A stretch of DNA of 64,000 nucleotides from a virus (taxonomy: Duplodnaviria; Heunggongvirae; Uroviricota; Caudoviricetes): IMG/VR virus record IMGVR_UViG_3300042988_000374, positions 64,001 through 128,000 of that record. One strand, given 5' to 3'. Shown here piece after piece: positions 45,751 to 55,093 of this stretch. Position 1 is the stretch's first letter. Each line of letters starts with the position of its first letter. Both the position numbers and the translations under genes were made by a program. The notes below the pieces were generated by a model. The model was not told where the DNA came from. It worked only from the letters and a program-made list of their open reading frames with translations, and made no database searches.

Positions 45751-46695
45751 TTAAACGATTACTTTTCCGTTCTCATCTAGCATCTGAATCTTTCCTTGTG
45801 CTTTCATTTGCTCCAAGTACATTGGACCGAATGAGTTCAACAAGTGATCGTGAGATTCTTGTGCGAAGTTGAAATGTCCAGCGTGGCGGAGGAGGACCCG
45901 ACGGTCTACCCAAATTCTGCCTCCCAAGTCGCGCCAATTAGAACACATCGTCCAATCTTCACTCAGATAGCGGTTCTCGCGTACGGCAGTGTCGAAGTAG
46001 GTAGCTAGATACTGATCGTAGATCGGGTCCAGTCCAATGTCATTTTTATATGGCTTAACAGCTGGATGACTACGCATTTTCTCAAATACATGTCTCTTTA
46101 CCAACAAAAAGCCAGTACCTGCTTTGGATACTTCCTGTAGACCATTCTCACCTTGTTCTGCGCCTTCAAAGCCGTTGACTACCCACTTTAGTGGCATAGT
46201 CTTCATTGGGTACAAGCCAGCGATAACGTCTTTATCGTGATTTAACAGCGCCAAAACCTGCCAGGGTTCCCATCCAATATCGGCGTCCACCTGCATTAAG
46301 TGGGTACTTTCTTTCTGGTGCAAGAATTTAGCTGTTAATGTGTTACGAGCGCGGGAAATGAGTGATTCATTTACCATGGTCTCCAAGGTCCAATCAACGC
46401 CGAGTTGACGGGCTTGATTTGCAAATTTGATGTATGACATGAATGTAGATTCTGTCAACATACCGCCATAACATGGCATCGCAAAGTGCGCTTTAGTGGT
46501 ACGTAGATAGTCCACATTTACTTGAATCTGATTTGGATTTGGCGCTTCTTCAGCTTTAACTTCAGTTTCGCCTTCTGTTGCGATTACACCAGTCTCTGCT
46601 GCTTCACTGGTACCGCCAATTGATGCAGCCTGTGCTGCTTTGTCTGCTAATTCTTGAACTGCGTCAACTGGGATTAATTTATCTTTTTTTGCCAT
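45751..46695 (-). CDS. GT-A fold glycosyltransferase-like protein
   Basis: FAMPCYGG, LISRARN, HLMQVDADIGW (DxD), GTGFLLVKR, YLSEDW. Confidence 0.7.
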   Translation of the reverse strand: MAKKDKLIPVDAVQELADKAAQAASIGGTSEAAETGVIATEGETEVKAEEAPNPNQIQVNVDYLRTTKAHFAMPCYGGMLTESTFMSYIKFANQARQLGVDWTLETMVNESLISRARNTLTAKFLHQKESTHLMQVDADIGWEPWQVLALLNHDKDVIAGLYPMKTMPLKWVVNGFEGAEQGENGLQEVSKAGTGFLLVKRHVFEKMRSHPAVKPYKNDIGLDPIYDQYLATYFDTAVRENRYLSEDWTMCSNWRDLGGRIWVDRRVLLRHAGHFNFAQESHDHLLNSFGPMYLEQMKAQGKIQMLDENGKVIV

Positions 46696-46798
46696 TTAAG
46701 TGCTTCCTTGTTAATGATGACAATATTTAGAGTAAATGTACTCACTCAAAATATTTTTCATCTACCACTAGTGTATCATGATGCGGCGATTTGTCAAT

Positions 46799-46823
46799 AA
46801 AAAAGCGCTAGGATTAGTAGCGC
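46799..46823 (-). terminator. Rho-independent terminator
   Basis: GCGCTA..TAGCGC followed by a T6 run on the minus strand. Confidence 0.7.
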
Positions 46824-46911
46824 CTTAGGAGTCAGTATGTCCAATTTGTCGGTGGTCTATCTATCCTTGGACTGATACTCTAGATTAGTATCGTCACGAG
46901 TGTCGATAACT

Positions 46912-47235
46912 TTAGCTGACTGAGATTGAGTTGATAGTGCCGCCTGTCCACCCAGTGATGTTGACTCGTACCCACGTGTAGTTGCCGTGTAATGTAGCGT
47001 TACCGTGTTGAGCAGTAACTGGTTGAGAAGATACCGGAGCATAGATGCCGATAACATAGATATCACTCCAGTCACTAGCAGTTGGCGTAGCAGCATGAGT
47101 TGCTTGGATCTTTACGGTTGCCTGAATACCTTGACCGAAGTCCCAACTGACTTGATTGAGTGTACCAGTAGGAGCAACTGCCGCACCAATGAGAATGGGC
47201 TGGTGTTCGGTAGATGATAGTAGAGTAACAGACAT
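46912..47235 (-). CDS. Small beta-rich structural protein, paralog 2
   Basis: Start moved to MSVTLL (TAATG overlap); LHGNYTWVRVNITGWTGG. Confidence 0.7.
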   Translation of the reverse strand: MSVTLLSSTEHQPILIGAAVAPTGTLNQVSWDFGQGIQATVKIQATHAATPTASDWSDIYVIGIYAPVSSQPVTAQHGNATLHGNYTWVRVNITGWTGGTINSISVS

Positions 47236-47594
47236 TAGTAACTCGCTGCGATTTGGGCGATTGAACCAGCAGTCCAGCCAGTGATGTTCACACGTAGCCA
47301 GACATAGTTGCCCTGTAAGTTGTAGTAGCCGCTTTGTGCTGGGCCAACGTTTGATGGTGTAGCAGTGATTGTGTACACATCGAACCAGTCCAGTACACCT
47401 GGCACGGTAGCTAGACTTGCTTGAATCTTGACACGGGCATTGAACGAGTTCTGCATGCTCCATGTGATTGTATTTGTATCACGGCCAGCGATATAGTAGC
47501 CAGCAGCCTGAACTTTGTCGCCGACTTTAGATACAGCGGCTGCTCCAGGTGCCCCCGTTGATGGCATGAGAATGACTGTAGTAGTCTGTGCCAT
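47235..47594 (-). CDS. Small beta-rich structural protein, paralog 1
   Basis: VKIQASLA..DWFDVY..LQGNYVWLRVNITGWTAG. Confidence 0.7.
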   Translation of the reverse strand: MAQTTTVILMPSTGAPGAAAVSKVGDKVQAAGYYIAGRDTNTITWSMQNSFNARVKIQASLATVPGVLDWFDVYTITATPSNVGPAQSGYYNLQGNYVWLRVNITGWTAGSIAQIAASY

Positions 47595-47596
47595 GA

Positions 47597-47764
47597 TTAC
47601 GCTCTTGTCACTTCAACAATTACACCAGAACCTGCTAGTTCTGCCGCTACCTGCTCTAAGGCATCACATACATCATTACTGGCAATTACACCAGTGATGT
47701 CTTCTGACTCTTTAACCAATTTACTGAGTTTGATTACTACTACTTCTTCTACGATTTTTGCCAT
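47597..47764 (-). CDS. 55-aa protein (missed by ORF track)
   Basis: MAKIVEEVVVIKLSKLVKE..LEQVAAELAGSGVIVEV; GGAGA SD and ATAAATA at 47783-47789. Confidence 0.7.
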   Translation of the reverse strand: MAKIVEEVVVIKLSKLVKESEDITGVIASNDVCDALEQVAAELAGSGVIVEVTRA

Positions 47765-47808
47765 GATTGTTCTCCAATATAGTATTTATGCCCTCTTATT
47801 GAGCAAAA

Positions 47809-48013
47809 GATATTAATCCTGCGATGAACATTCTGTACTGGGGGCAGCACAAACCGATTCGTCTCTATTTGAGAATCAAATTAGTACCGACGGAGCGTCG
47901 GGAATTAACGCCTGTGGAGATAGAAGTACTCGACGTACCGACTCGCTTGAGTCAGTATTAGAGCTATCGGTGAAGCAGGAAGCCGCGTGGTCTTTAGATT
48001 GGCGGTAGTTCAT
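47809..48013 (+). mobile_element. IS200/IS605 remnant: tnpB 3' end plus omegaRNA/right end
   Basis: Reads DINPAMNILYWG..VPTERRELTPVE (TnpB RuvC-III tail). Then TGAAGCAGGAAGCCGC..TCTTTAGA..GCGGTAGTTCAT, a typical right-end hairpin ending in TCAT. Confidence 0.75.
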
Positions 48014-48717
48014 GCTCGTTTTTGCAATCGATAATGCTTCCTGATATAGGAATCACCAAGATACAAGATGAGCAGCGTAAACATCTCTTCACTATCAAAG
48101 TCGATAAAGTGGTTATTGTGAGACCTGACATAATACCAACCGGTACTGTTGCTGTTTGTCCACAATTTTAAGGCAGCGCAAGGATAGTAATCAGGGTACT
48201 GGGCAAAGAATGACTTTAGGCTAGCTTTAAACTCAGGAGGAGACGACTTATCTTTGAGATACACTCTGTACTGGTGCGCCGGAGTATTTTTGAACTCCAT
48301 GACATCTGGTGTATTTGGTGCAAAGGCTTCCGCTGCTTCAAAGTCCGTGAACTCCATCTTAGCGGCGCGACCTATAAACTTCTCATCATTGGTATAAACT
48401 CTGACTTTTGAGCCAGCATACCAACCATTGTAGGAGATCGAGTGTTCCTTCTTTAGATACTTGTTCTTTAGGTCAATGAGTTTTTTAACTTCACTGTAGT
48501 CTATAGCCAGTAGCGATTCGATATAAGGAGTCGAGCCCTTGTTGTAGAAGTACTGCTGATTAAGCGCCTCTTGAACTCGCAGAACGTATTCGTCTATGGT
48601 GGCTGACTCCCTAATTAGATGCGCGCCTGACATTTCAAACGACACACGGTACTTGTACTTGTTATAGTACAAGGACTGTCGGTGCTCAGATTTTAATTCA
48701 TAAACTGATGATGCCAT
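48010..48717 (-). CDS. Hypothetical protein
   Basis: 235-aa ORF with LYYNKYKYR start motif. Confidence 0.6.
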   Translation of the reverse strand: MASSVYELKSEHRQSLYYNKYKYRVSFEMSGAHLIRESATIDEYVLRVQEALNQQYFYNKGSTPYIESLLAIDYSEVKKLIDLKNKYLKKEHSISYNGWYAGSKVRVYTNDEKFIGRAAKMEFTDFEAAEAFAPNTPDVMEFKNTPAHQYRVYLKDKSSPPEFKASLKSFFAQYPDYYPCAALKLWTNSNSTGWYYVRSHNNHFIDFDSEEMFTLLILYLGDSYIRKHYRLQKRA

Positions 48718-50959
48718 CTTCGCCTACCTTCTTTTTACGGACAGTAGACTTTACTGTAAATTCAATTTGATTATCGACCAACTTTGTGTTGATGGTTGCT
48801 GATTGCAGGCGTTCAAATAAGATGCGCTTAGACAGTGGCACACGAATTAATTCATCGATTTTACGTGCTAGTGGTCTGGCGCCCATCTTGTCATCGTAGC
48901 CTTCTTTTGCTAGATGTTCAATCACATCTTCGCTTAAATTAAGAACGAGATTGTGCTTTGTTTTGAGACTGTCTTTGAGTTCATTGGTGAACTTGAGGAC
49001 TACCTTTTTGATGGCAATAGTGTCTAGCTTATTAAACTTGACAATCTGGTCAATACGGTTACGCAACTCAGGCTTGAAAAACTCTTTGAGTGCTCGGTCA
49101 TCTTCACCGTCTTTTGATTGCTTGCCGAATCCAATGTTGTTGCGTTCACCATCAGCACTGCCTAAGTTAGAGGTCATGATAATGATGGTGTTCTTGGCAT
49201 TCACAGACTTGCCGTTAGTGCCAGTGATTTTGCCTTCATCTAGTAACTGTAGGAACAAGTTGTAAACATCAGGGTGAGCTTTTTCAACTTCGTCAAACAA
49301 CATGATGGCATATGGGTTCTTAGAGAGGTCGTTGATGATTTTGCCACCGCCTAAGTTACCATCTTCATAGCCTACATAGCCAGGAGGCGCACCAATGAGT
49401 GCGGCAACGGAGTGCTTCTCTTGGTACTCGGACATATCGTAGCGTAATAGAGGCATATCTAGATACTCTGACAGTGCTTTTGCACACTCTGTTTTACCAG
49501 TACCTGTTGGACCAGTGAACAAGAATGAAGCAATTGGTTTGTTCTCGTTACCAATGCCCGCTTGACTCACATAGATTCGATCTAGTACAGTATCTACTGC
49601 ACTGTCTTGACCATACAAGCGAGACTTAACGTTGGCTTCAAGGTCGATCATGCGTGACGAATTGTCAGTGCTCATCTTATCAACTGGAATACCAGTAGTC
49701 TTGCATACTTGTTCATTGACAAGAGCTTCGGTGATATGCACACCAGAATTACCAGCTACTCGTTGAACTGCACAAGCACCGTCTAGCAAGTCGATTGATT
49801 TATCAGGATTCTTACGTTCATGTAAGTAACGTGAACTCAATTCAACCGCAGCTTTAATTGCGTCTGCGTCAATAGTAACGTTGTGGAACTCATTCAAACG
49901 TGGAGCTAAGCCAGTTAAGATTTTAACAGTGGTCTCGTCATCTGGTTCATTGATATCAACACGGTAGAAGCGGCGCATTAACGCACGGTCCTTCTCAAAT
50001 GACTCGTAGTACTCTTCCCATGTAGTAGATGCGATAATCTTTAGATTGCCCTTAGTAATAGCAGGCTTGATCATATTGGCAAAGTCCATTGATGAGTTAG
50101 TGCCGCTACCAGCACCGCGCATAGTGTGTGCTTCGTCGATAAAGAGGATTGCTTTTTCTTTAGCGGCAAGGGCAGCAAATACGTCTTTTACTTTTTCTTC
50201 AAAGTCGCCACGATATTTACTACCAGCAAGTAGAGAGCCAATCTCCAAGGAATATACTTCATGGCCTTTTAGGAATTCTGGAGCAGTGCCATCAAAGATG
50301 CGTTGTGCAATGCCCTCAGCAATTTGGGTTTTGCCGACGCCCGCATCGCCCACCATTAAAACGTTGGCTTTAAACTTCTTAGCAAGAATGGTAACAATCT
50401 TGTTTACTTCATCGTCGCGGCCAATCATAGGCTCTAACTTCTTCTGTTGAGCACGTTCAGTTAGATTAATCGTGTGTTCTGCAAGGAGCTCCGATGCACG
50501 ACCAGCTGACATTTTACCAGAAGTGGTACCTGACTTGGCACCAAATACAAATTCCTTCTTTGTAACACCCCACTTTAATAAGAAGTAACTGGCGTGTGAA
50601 TTGGTCTCACTCATGATACTGATATACAAGTCTTCAATATCCATTTGAGTTCTACCAGTAAAGATAACTCGTGCTAGCGCTGTGTTGATTACTCGCTCTA
50701 AGGTAGCAGTGCGCTTTGGATTTACTGGCTTGCCTGGTTGTGGTTCAACAACAATGTGAGTTAATGTTTGCACGTAATTGTCTACATCAGCTGCTAGTGC
50801 AGGGACATCAATGTTGAGATTGTTTAAACGTGATTTAAATGTCTCGTTTGCCAACATACCAAATAAGATATGCTCTAGTGTGACGTACCCATGATTGTAG
50901 CGCTGGGCATACACAATAGATGAATCTACGATTTGTTGAATGTCAGGATTGTTAGTCAT
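48698..50959 (-). CDS. clpA: ClpA-like AAA+ unfoldase
   Basis: Clp N-domain, Walker A motifs GDAGVGKT and GPTGTGKT, IGAPPGYVGY, IGF ClpP-docking loop. Confidence 0.93.
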   Translation of the reverse strand: MTNNPDIQQIVDSSIVYAQRYNHGYVTLEHILFGMLANETFKSRLNNLNIDVPALAADVDNYVQTLTHIVVEPQPGKPVNPKRTATLERVINTALARVIFTGRTQMDIEDLYISIMSETNSHASYFLLKWGVTKKEFVFGAKSGTTSGKMSAGRASELLAEHTINLTERAQQKKLEPMIGRDDEVNKIVTILAKKFKANVLMVGDAGVGKTQIAEGIAQRIFDGTAPEFLKGHEVYSLEIGSLLAGSKYRGDFEEKVKDVFAALAAKEKAILFIDEAHTMRGAGSGTNSSMDFANMIKPAITKGNLKIIASTTWEEYYESFEKDRALMRRFYRVDINEPDDETTVKILTGLAPRLNEFHNVTIDADAIKAAVELSSRYLHERKNPDKSIDLLDGACAVQRVAGNSGVHITEALVNEQVCKTTGIPVDKMSTDNSSRMIDLEANVKSRLYGQDSAVDTVLDRIYVSQAGIGNENKPIASFLFTGPTGTGKTECAKALSEYLDMPLLRYDMSEYQEKHSVAALIGAPPGYVGYEDGNLGGGKIINDLSKNPYAIMLFDEVEKAHPDVYNLFLQLLDEGKITGTNGKSVNAKNTIIIMTSNLGSADGERNNIGFGKQSKDGEDDRALKEFFKPELRNRIDQIVKFNKLDTIAIKKVVLKFTNELKDSLKTKHNLVLNLSEDVIEHLAKEGYDDKMGARPLARKIDELIRVPLSKRILFERLQSATINTKLVDNQIEFTVKSTVRKKKVGEDGIISL

Positions 50960-50962
50960 TTA

Positions 50963-51760
50963 TTAAATTCCCTTTGATTTATTAACTTCTACTTTGATTG
51001 CTTCAAGTAGCTCGTCGCTGATTGTATCAGGTGCTACTCCCTGTAACAAAACAAATTGGTTACCTTTGAAGCCATTTGCTTCTAAGCCGCGGCCTGCTAA
51101 TCTTAGGGAAGCGCCACTGTTTGTCCTTGGCGGCACTGTTGCTTCTAGTTCGTCACCCCAGATTGTGGTAACTTTGATGGTAGTACCAAGGAGGAGTTCA
51201 AACACCGATAGCTTGCGAGTGCAGTATAAGTCTAGTCCACGGCGTTCTAATTCTGGATGTGGACGCACTCTGAATTCAACTTGCAAGATGCCATCTGGCA
51301 TAATACCATCGTAGCGAACATTCTGTCCAGTCTCTACGTTCTTTGGTACATTGATTTGAATTGTTTTTGGTCCTGTTGGGCCTTGAATCTGAACAGTAAC
51401 CGAATCACCAGTTGCAACTTGTTTGAGTGTGACTTCTACCGCAACAGTATAGATCCGTTGGCGCTGCTGGTTGAATTGCCGGAAGATATCATCGAATGGA
51501 TTGCCGCCACCAAAATTGAAATGAAAGTCCCCAAATGGATTTTGACCACCTTGACCGAATGGGCTCGGGTTATCATGTTGTTGCTTTAATTGTGGGTCGC
51601 TTAGATTGCGATATGCTTCCTCAACCTCTTGGAACTTGGCGGTATCTCCTCCTTCGCGATCAGGGTGATACTTAGCTGCCATCTTGCGATATGCTTTTTT
51701 GATTTCTTCTGGAGTGGCGTTGCGCTCTACTCCTAGTGTTTTGTAATAGTCCATAGTCAT
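50963..51760 (-). CDS. dnaJ: DnaJ-family co-chaperone (no Zn finger, CbpA-like)
   Basis: DYYKTLGV..YHPD J-domain, G/F linker and C-terminal domain. Confidence 0.9.
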   Translation of the reverse strand: MTMDYYKTLGVERNATPEEIKKAYRKMAAKYHPDREGGDTAKFQEVEEAYRNLSDPQLKQQHDNPSPFGQGGQNPFGDFHFNFGGGNPFDDIFRQFNQQRQRIYTVAVEVTLKQVATGDSVTVQIQGPTGPKTIQINVPKNVETGQNVRYDGIMPDGILQVEFRVRPHPELERRGLDLYCTRKLSVFELLLGTTIKVTTIWGDELEATVPPRTNSGASLRLAGRGLEANGFKGNQFVLLQGVAPDTISDELLEAIKVEVNKSKGI

Positions 51761-52344
51761 TCTTGTTTGTGTTTACAGTATTTACGGTGATGCTGAACTT
51801 CATTGCTCACGCCGATACCCTCTTTGCCACAATCAACACACTTCCATTTGCGCTGATTCATGTGGGTCCCTGCCTCTAACTGTGCTTGTTGAACGTCTTT
51901 AGACATTGACGTGCCGTCGTCACGCTTGAGGAAGTTATGTTTACCAGCGACCACTGTATCACTCGATACTGAGGTACCGTCTGGTCGTTTTAATAAATGG
52001 TGTGTCTTATTAGCAAGTCGGCGCTGATTACTTGCGGATTGTATCTTGCCTCCAACGAGATTAGCAGTCCCTGCTTCCACTCTCTTATTGTGAGCCAGTT
52101 TTGCTAAGCGTCTTATCTCTTCTGGTGATTTACCCATTCGTTGAGCCATGATAAGACAAGCTCTCACATCACCCTGAGATTCGTGTATGGCGTAGTGTTC
52201 AGCCAATGGTACTGCTTTTAGATTCGAAGGTTCATTATTCGAATGATTGCCATCGATATGATGGACATCATAAGTCCTACCGTTCTCTTCTCTCGGTATT
52301 GGTCCATAATGTTGTTCGTAGATTTGTCTATGTTTAGCACCCAT
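51757..52344 (-). CDS. Free-standing HNH endonuclease
   Basis: DVHHIDGNHSNNEPSNL..HYAIH; paralog of 44933..45637. Confidence 0.85.
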   Translation of the reverse strand: MGAKHRQIYEQHYGPIPREENGRTYDVHHIDGNHSNNEPSNLKAVPLAEHYAIHESQGDVRACLIMAQRMGKSPEEIRRLAKLAHNKRVEAGTANLVGGKIQSASNQRRLANKTHHLLKRPDGTSVSSDTVVAGKHNFLKRDDGTSMSKDVQQAQLEAGTHMNQRKWKCVDCGKEGIGVSNEVQHHRKYCKHKQE

Positions 52345-52396
52345 ATTCTCAAGTGTATCATAGTTTGACTCTAACAGTCAACATAAATGGATGAGC

Positions 52397-52885
52397 TTAT
52401 GCTTTCTCAGCGATCTTCTCTTGTGTTCTGCCGTATGCTGCGATACCTAGAACTGCTCCACATGCAATGTGGAATAATCCTCCACCTTGAATCGTAAGTG
52501 GTTGCCACTGTGAACTGATCTGACCATGAGTTAATGCTTGGAGTATACTCCAGAGTACAGGGAATACGACGAAGTCGCAACTACACGCAACTAGATACAT
52601 CATAGCAAATAATGGTCTCCACCTCTTATTGATGAAATCTCCAAACCAATCATCTGCTTTGATCAATGATTGTGCGCCCTCGTGCATTGCTCCACCACTA
52701 CTCTTGATTATGTCTGCCTGAACTTCAGCTTGGAGCATACCGCGCTGTACTGCTGGTGCAGCACCAAAAGATGCGCCTGCTGGAATAGCATCAACTGTTT
52801 TGTCGGCTGCTAATTGACCCCATGCAGTATCAGTAGTTGCGACTGGAGATAGTGAATCAGATTTTTGTGGTAGTAATGTTGCCAT
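52397..52885 (-). CDS. 3TM holin-like membrane protein
   Basis: RWRPLFAMMY..DFVVFP..WQPLT..GAVLGIAAYGRTQEK. Confidence 0.65.
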   Translation of the reverse strand: MATLLPQKSDSLSPVATTDTAWGQLAADKTVDAIPAGASFGAAPAVQRGMLQAEVQADIIKSSGGAMHEGAQSLIKADDWFGDFINKRWRPLFAMMYLVACSCDFVVFPVLWSILQALTHGQISSQWQPLTIQGGGLFHIACGAVLGIAAYGRTQEKIAEKA

Positions 52886-52927
52886 TTTAGTTCCTTAAAT
52901 AGTCTAGTATTTATCAAAATGGAACGG

Positions 52928-53497
52928 TTAGAGTAGACCAGCTTGGCGCTTTAGAGCCTTGATATCTGGTGAATCATTACACTGAGTTGTAGTCATTGCT
53001 ACACCAGCAATCTCACGCCACTCATTCAATTGTGCGTTAGGATCATTTGGATAAGCCTCGCGGTATTTCTTAGGACTTAGTTCAACACGAGCACGAATGT
53101 ATTCCGCGGTGTTCTCGATCACTTCATCATCAAGACGGATCTCCCAGTCTCGTAGATTTAGTTCAGTGAGTGGTTCTAAGTCGGAGATCATCTCAATGAT
53201 GTTCTCTGGTGAATTACTACGGCGTTTAATCTCGACGAACACCAAGAATTTATCCTTGGTAACTTCACCTGGTGACGTAGATGCGTCCATGACACATTCA
53301 TATCCGCGCTCGAACCAACCTGCCAAGTCAAGAGCAGCTTCTTTGGACTTTACGGAAAAGTCAAGGGTAATACTGGCATCATCTGGGCCAATGTTGGAAG
53401 CATATCGGTCGATGCCAACGATTGGATAAATTTGACGCTTTAGGTCACCTGCTCGGAAGCCTTCGTTTAATAGTTTCTTTGTCATAGTGTCTTCCAT
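52928..53497 (-). CDS. Hypothetical protein
   Basis: LLNE|G near the N-terminus. Confidence 0.55.
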   Translation of the reverse strand: MEDTMTKKLLNEGFRAGDLKRQIYPIVGIDRYASNIGPDDASITLDFSVKSKEAALDLAGWFERGYECVMDASTSPGEVTKDKFLVFVEIKRRSNSPENIIEMISDLEPLTELNLRDWEIRLDDEVIENTAEYIRARVELSPKKYREAYPNDPNAQLNEWREIAGVAMTTTQCNDSPDIKALKRQAGLL

Positions 53498-54129
53498 TAG
53501 AGTGGTGGTAAGCCGCCCATAGCGCCGTTCATGCCGCCTCCCATGCCTCCCATTGGGTCAGCGCCCATGCCTCCCATGGCATCTGCTGTGTCTGAGGTGT
53601 CTTCAGTACCAGATGCGTCGGCATCATCATAGTCTTTTTCATAGGCAGAATCTAAGTCTTCTAGTTCGATAGACTTATCAGCAAGGTCAACGGTACCTTC
53701 TCTAATATCATTCAACAAGGTCTTTGGCACAGTGATGTTGACTAACCAAACATCTCGGTCAATCATCTTTGGGTACTTAGTACCAGCTAGGAAGTCATCT
53801 GGTGTTTTAATTTGAATTGGTGATTTAACTGTGGTCTTTTTAAACTCAACTGTGCAGCCAAGAGTAACTAGGCGTTTGCCACCACGTGGGTCTGGCATAA
53901 GAGACTTTGGCCACATAAACGTAGCTGATACGTCATAGCGATTGACTTCTGGGCCATGAACTAGTTCGCCTAGTCCCCAGTTTTTAAACGTATATAGATC
54001 CGCCTCGTCTAGTACGCGCTCCACGTCAAACAAGACAGCCATAATGCCATCACTAATCATGACGTTATCGATGTTTTTAACGATGTCTAGCCAACCTGGC
54101 GCATCTAATGCAGTGTATTTTTTGCTCAT
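53497..54129 (-). CDS. Hypothetical late protein
   Basis: Preceded by ATAAATA-CTAC-ATG, with a second ATAAATA at 54191-54197. Confidence 0.6.
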   Translation of the reverse strand: MSKKYTALDAPGWLDIVKNIDNVMISDGIMAVLFDVERVLDEADLYTFKNWGLGELVHGPEVNRYDVSATFMWPKSLMPDPRGGKRLVTLGCTVEFKKTTVKSPIQIKTPDDFLAGTKYPKMIDRDVWLVNITVPKTLLNDIREGTVDLADKSIELEDLDSAYEKDYDDADASGTEDTSDTADAMGGMGADPMGGMGGGMNGAMGGLPPL

Positions 54130-54276
54130 GTAGTATTTATCTAGGATTAATAGAGTACACGAATATGTGTTTGTTCCCAGTGGAGCTCAGTATTTATCAC
54201 TTTTTTACACTCCATTAGTAGCATTGTTTAGCTCTCTCCACCTCTTTAAATAGTTTGAGTTCACCAGGAGGTCTGA

Positions 54277-55071
54277 ATGAACGATACAACTAACATCAGG
54301 GAGTTAAAGTTGAGTAGAAAAACAAGTAGCGCTAAGCGCAAAGAGCAAGAGTATTACCCATCACGCAGTCAACGATCAAAGTATGCCGAGCACGAATCAA
54401 ACACGATCAACTTCAATCCACAGAAGCAACGTAAGGCAGTCACCCTGGTACCAAAAACAATCAATCAAGAAGACTATATCATGGCCCTTCAGGACCGGTC
54501 AGTTGATGTGGTAATTGCTGGCGGCCCAGCTGGTACTGGCAAGACATATTTGGCTACTCTAGCAGCTATTCAAGCCTATCGTAATAAAGAGGTAAGTCGC
54601 ATTGTGATTCTTCGACCAGCTGTCTCTATTGAAGGTGAAGAGCATGGCTTCCTACCAGGTGATTTAACTGCTAAGTTAGCTCCTTGGTGCCGCCCAGTAC
54701 TCGATGTCCTACGCGAGTTTTACAACATCAAAGAGATTGAACATATGCTCTCAGAGGAGATTATCGAGTTCGCATCTCTTGGTATGGTTCGGGGAAGGAC
54801 TTTTAAGAATACATGGCTCCTACTTGATGAGTCCCAGAATTCATCACCAACACAGTTAAAGTCTCTCTTAACACGTATTGGTGAAGGCAGTAAGTTTGTA
54901 TTGAATGGTGATATTGACCAGTCAGACAGAATCGACCGTGAGTGCGGACTAGCTGATTTACTAGAGCGAATGGACGAAGCTAACATAAGAGGCGTACAGG
55001 TGTGCCACTTTGATAATCGTGATATTCAGCGTCATAGACTAGTTGGTGAATTCATCAAACTGTATAAATGA
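54277..55071 (+). CDS. phoH: PhoH-like ATPase
   Basis: GPAGTGKT, HGFLPGDL, RGRTF, LLDESQN, GDIDQSD. Confidence 0.93.
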   Translation: MNDTTNIRELKLSRKTSSAKRKEQEYYPSRSQRSKYAEHESNTINFNPQKQRKAVTLVPKTINQEDYIMALQDRSVDVVIAGGPAGTGKTYLATLAAIQAYRNKEVSRIVILRPAVSIEGEEHGFLPGDLTAKLAPWCRPVLDVLREFYNIKEIEHMLSEEIIEFASLGMVRGRTFKNTWLLLDESQNSSPTQLKSLLTRIGEGSKFVLNGDIDQSDRIDRECGLADLLERMDEANIRGVQVCHFDNRDIQRHRLVGEFIKLYK

Positions 55072-55072
55072 C

Positions 55073-55093
55073 AAAAGGGGCACCTGCCCCTTT
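55073..55093. terminator. Bidirectional terminator
   Basis: AAAAGGGGCA-CC-TGCCCCTTT between convergent genes. Confidence 0.65.

Noticed and set aside
47236-47463. N-terminal 76 aa of track ORF 46912..47463
   Set aside because: Overlaps the paralogous gene 47235..47594 in another frame; the real start is the TAATG-coupled ATG at 47235.
834-52885. GH19 plus 3TM holin as a lysis cassette
   Set aside because: The genes are 50 kb apart, and the GH19 has head-protein features. A role in lysis is not excluded but is unsupported.
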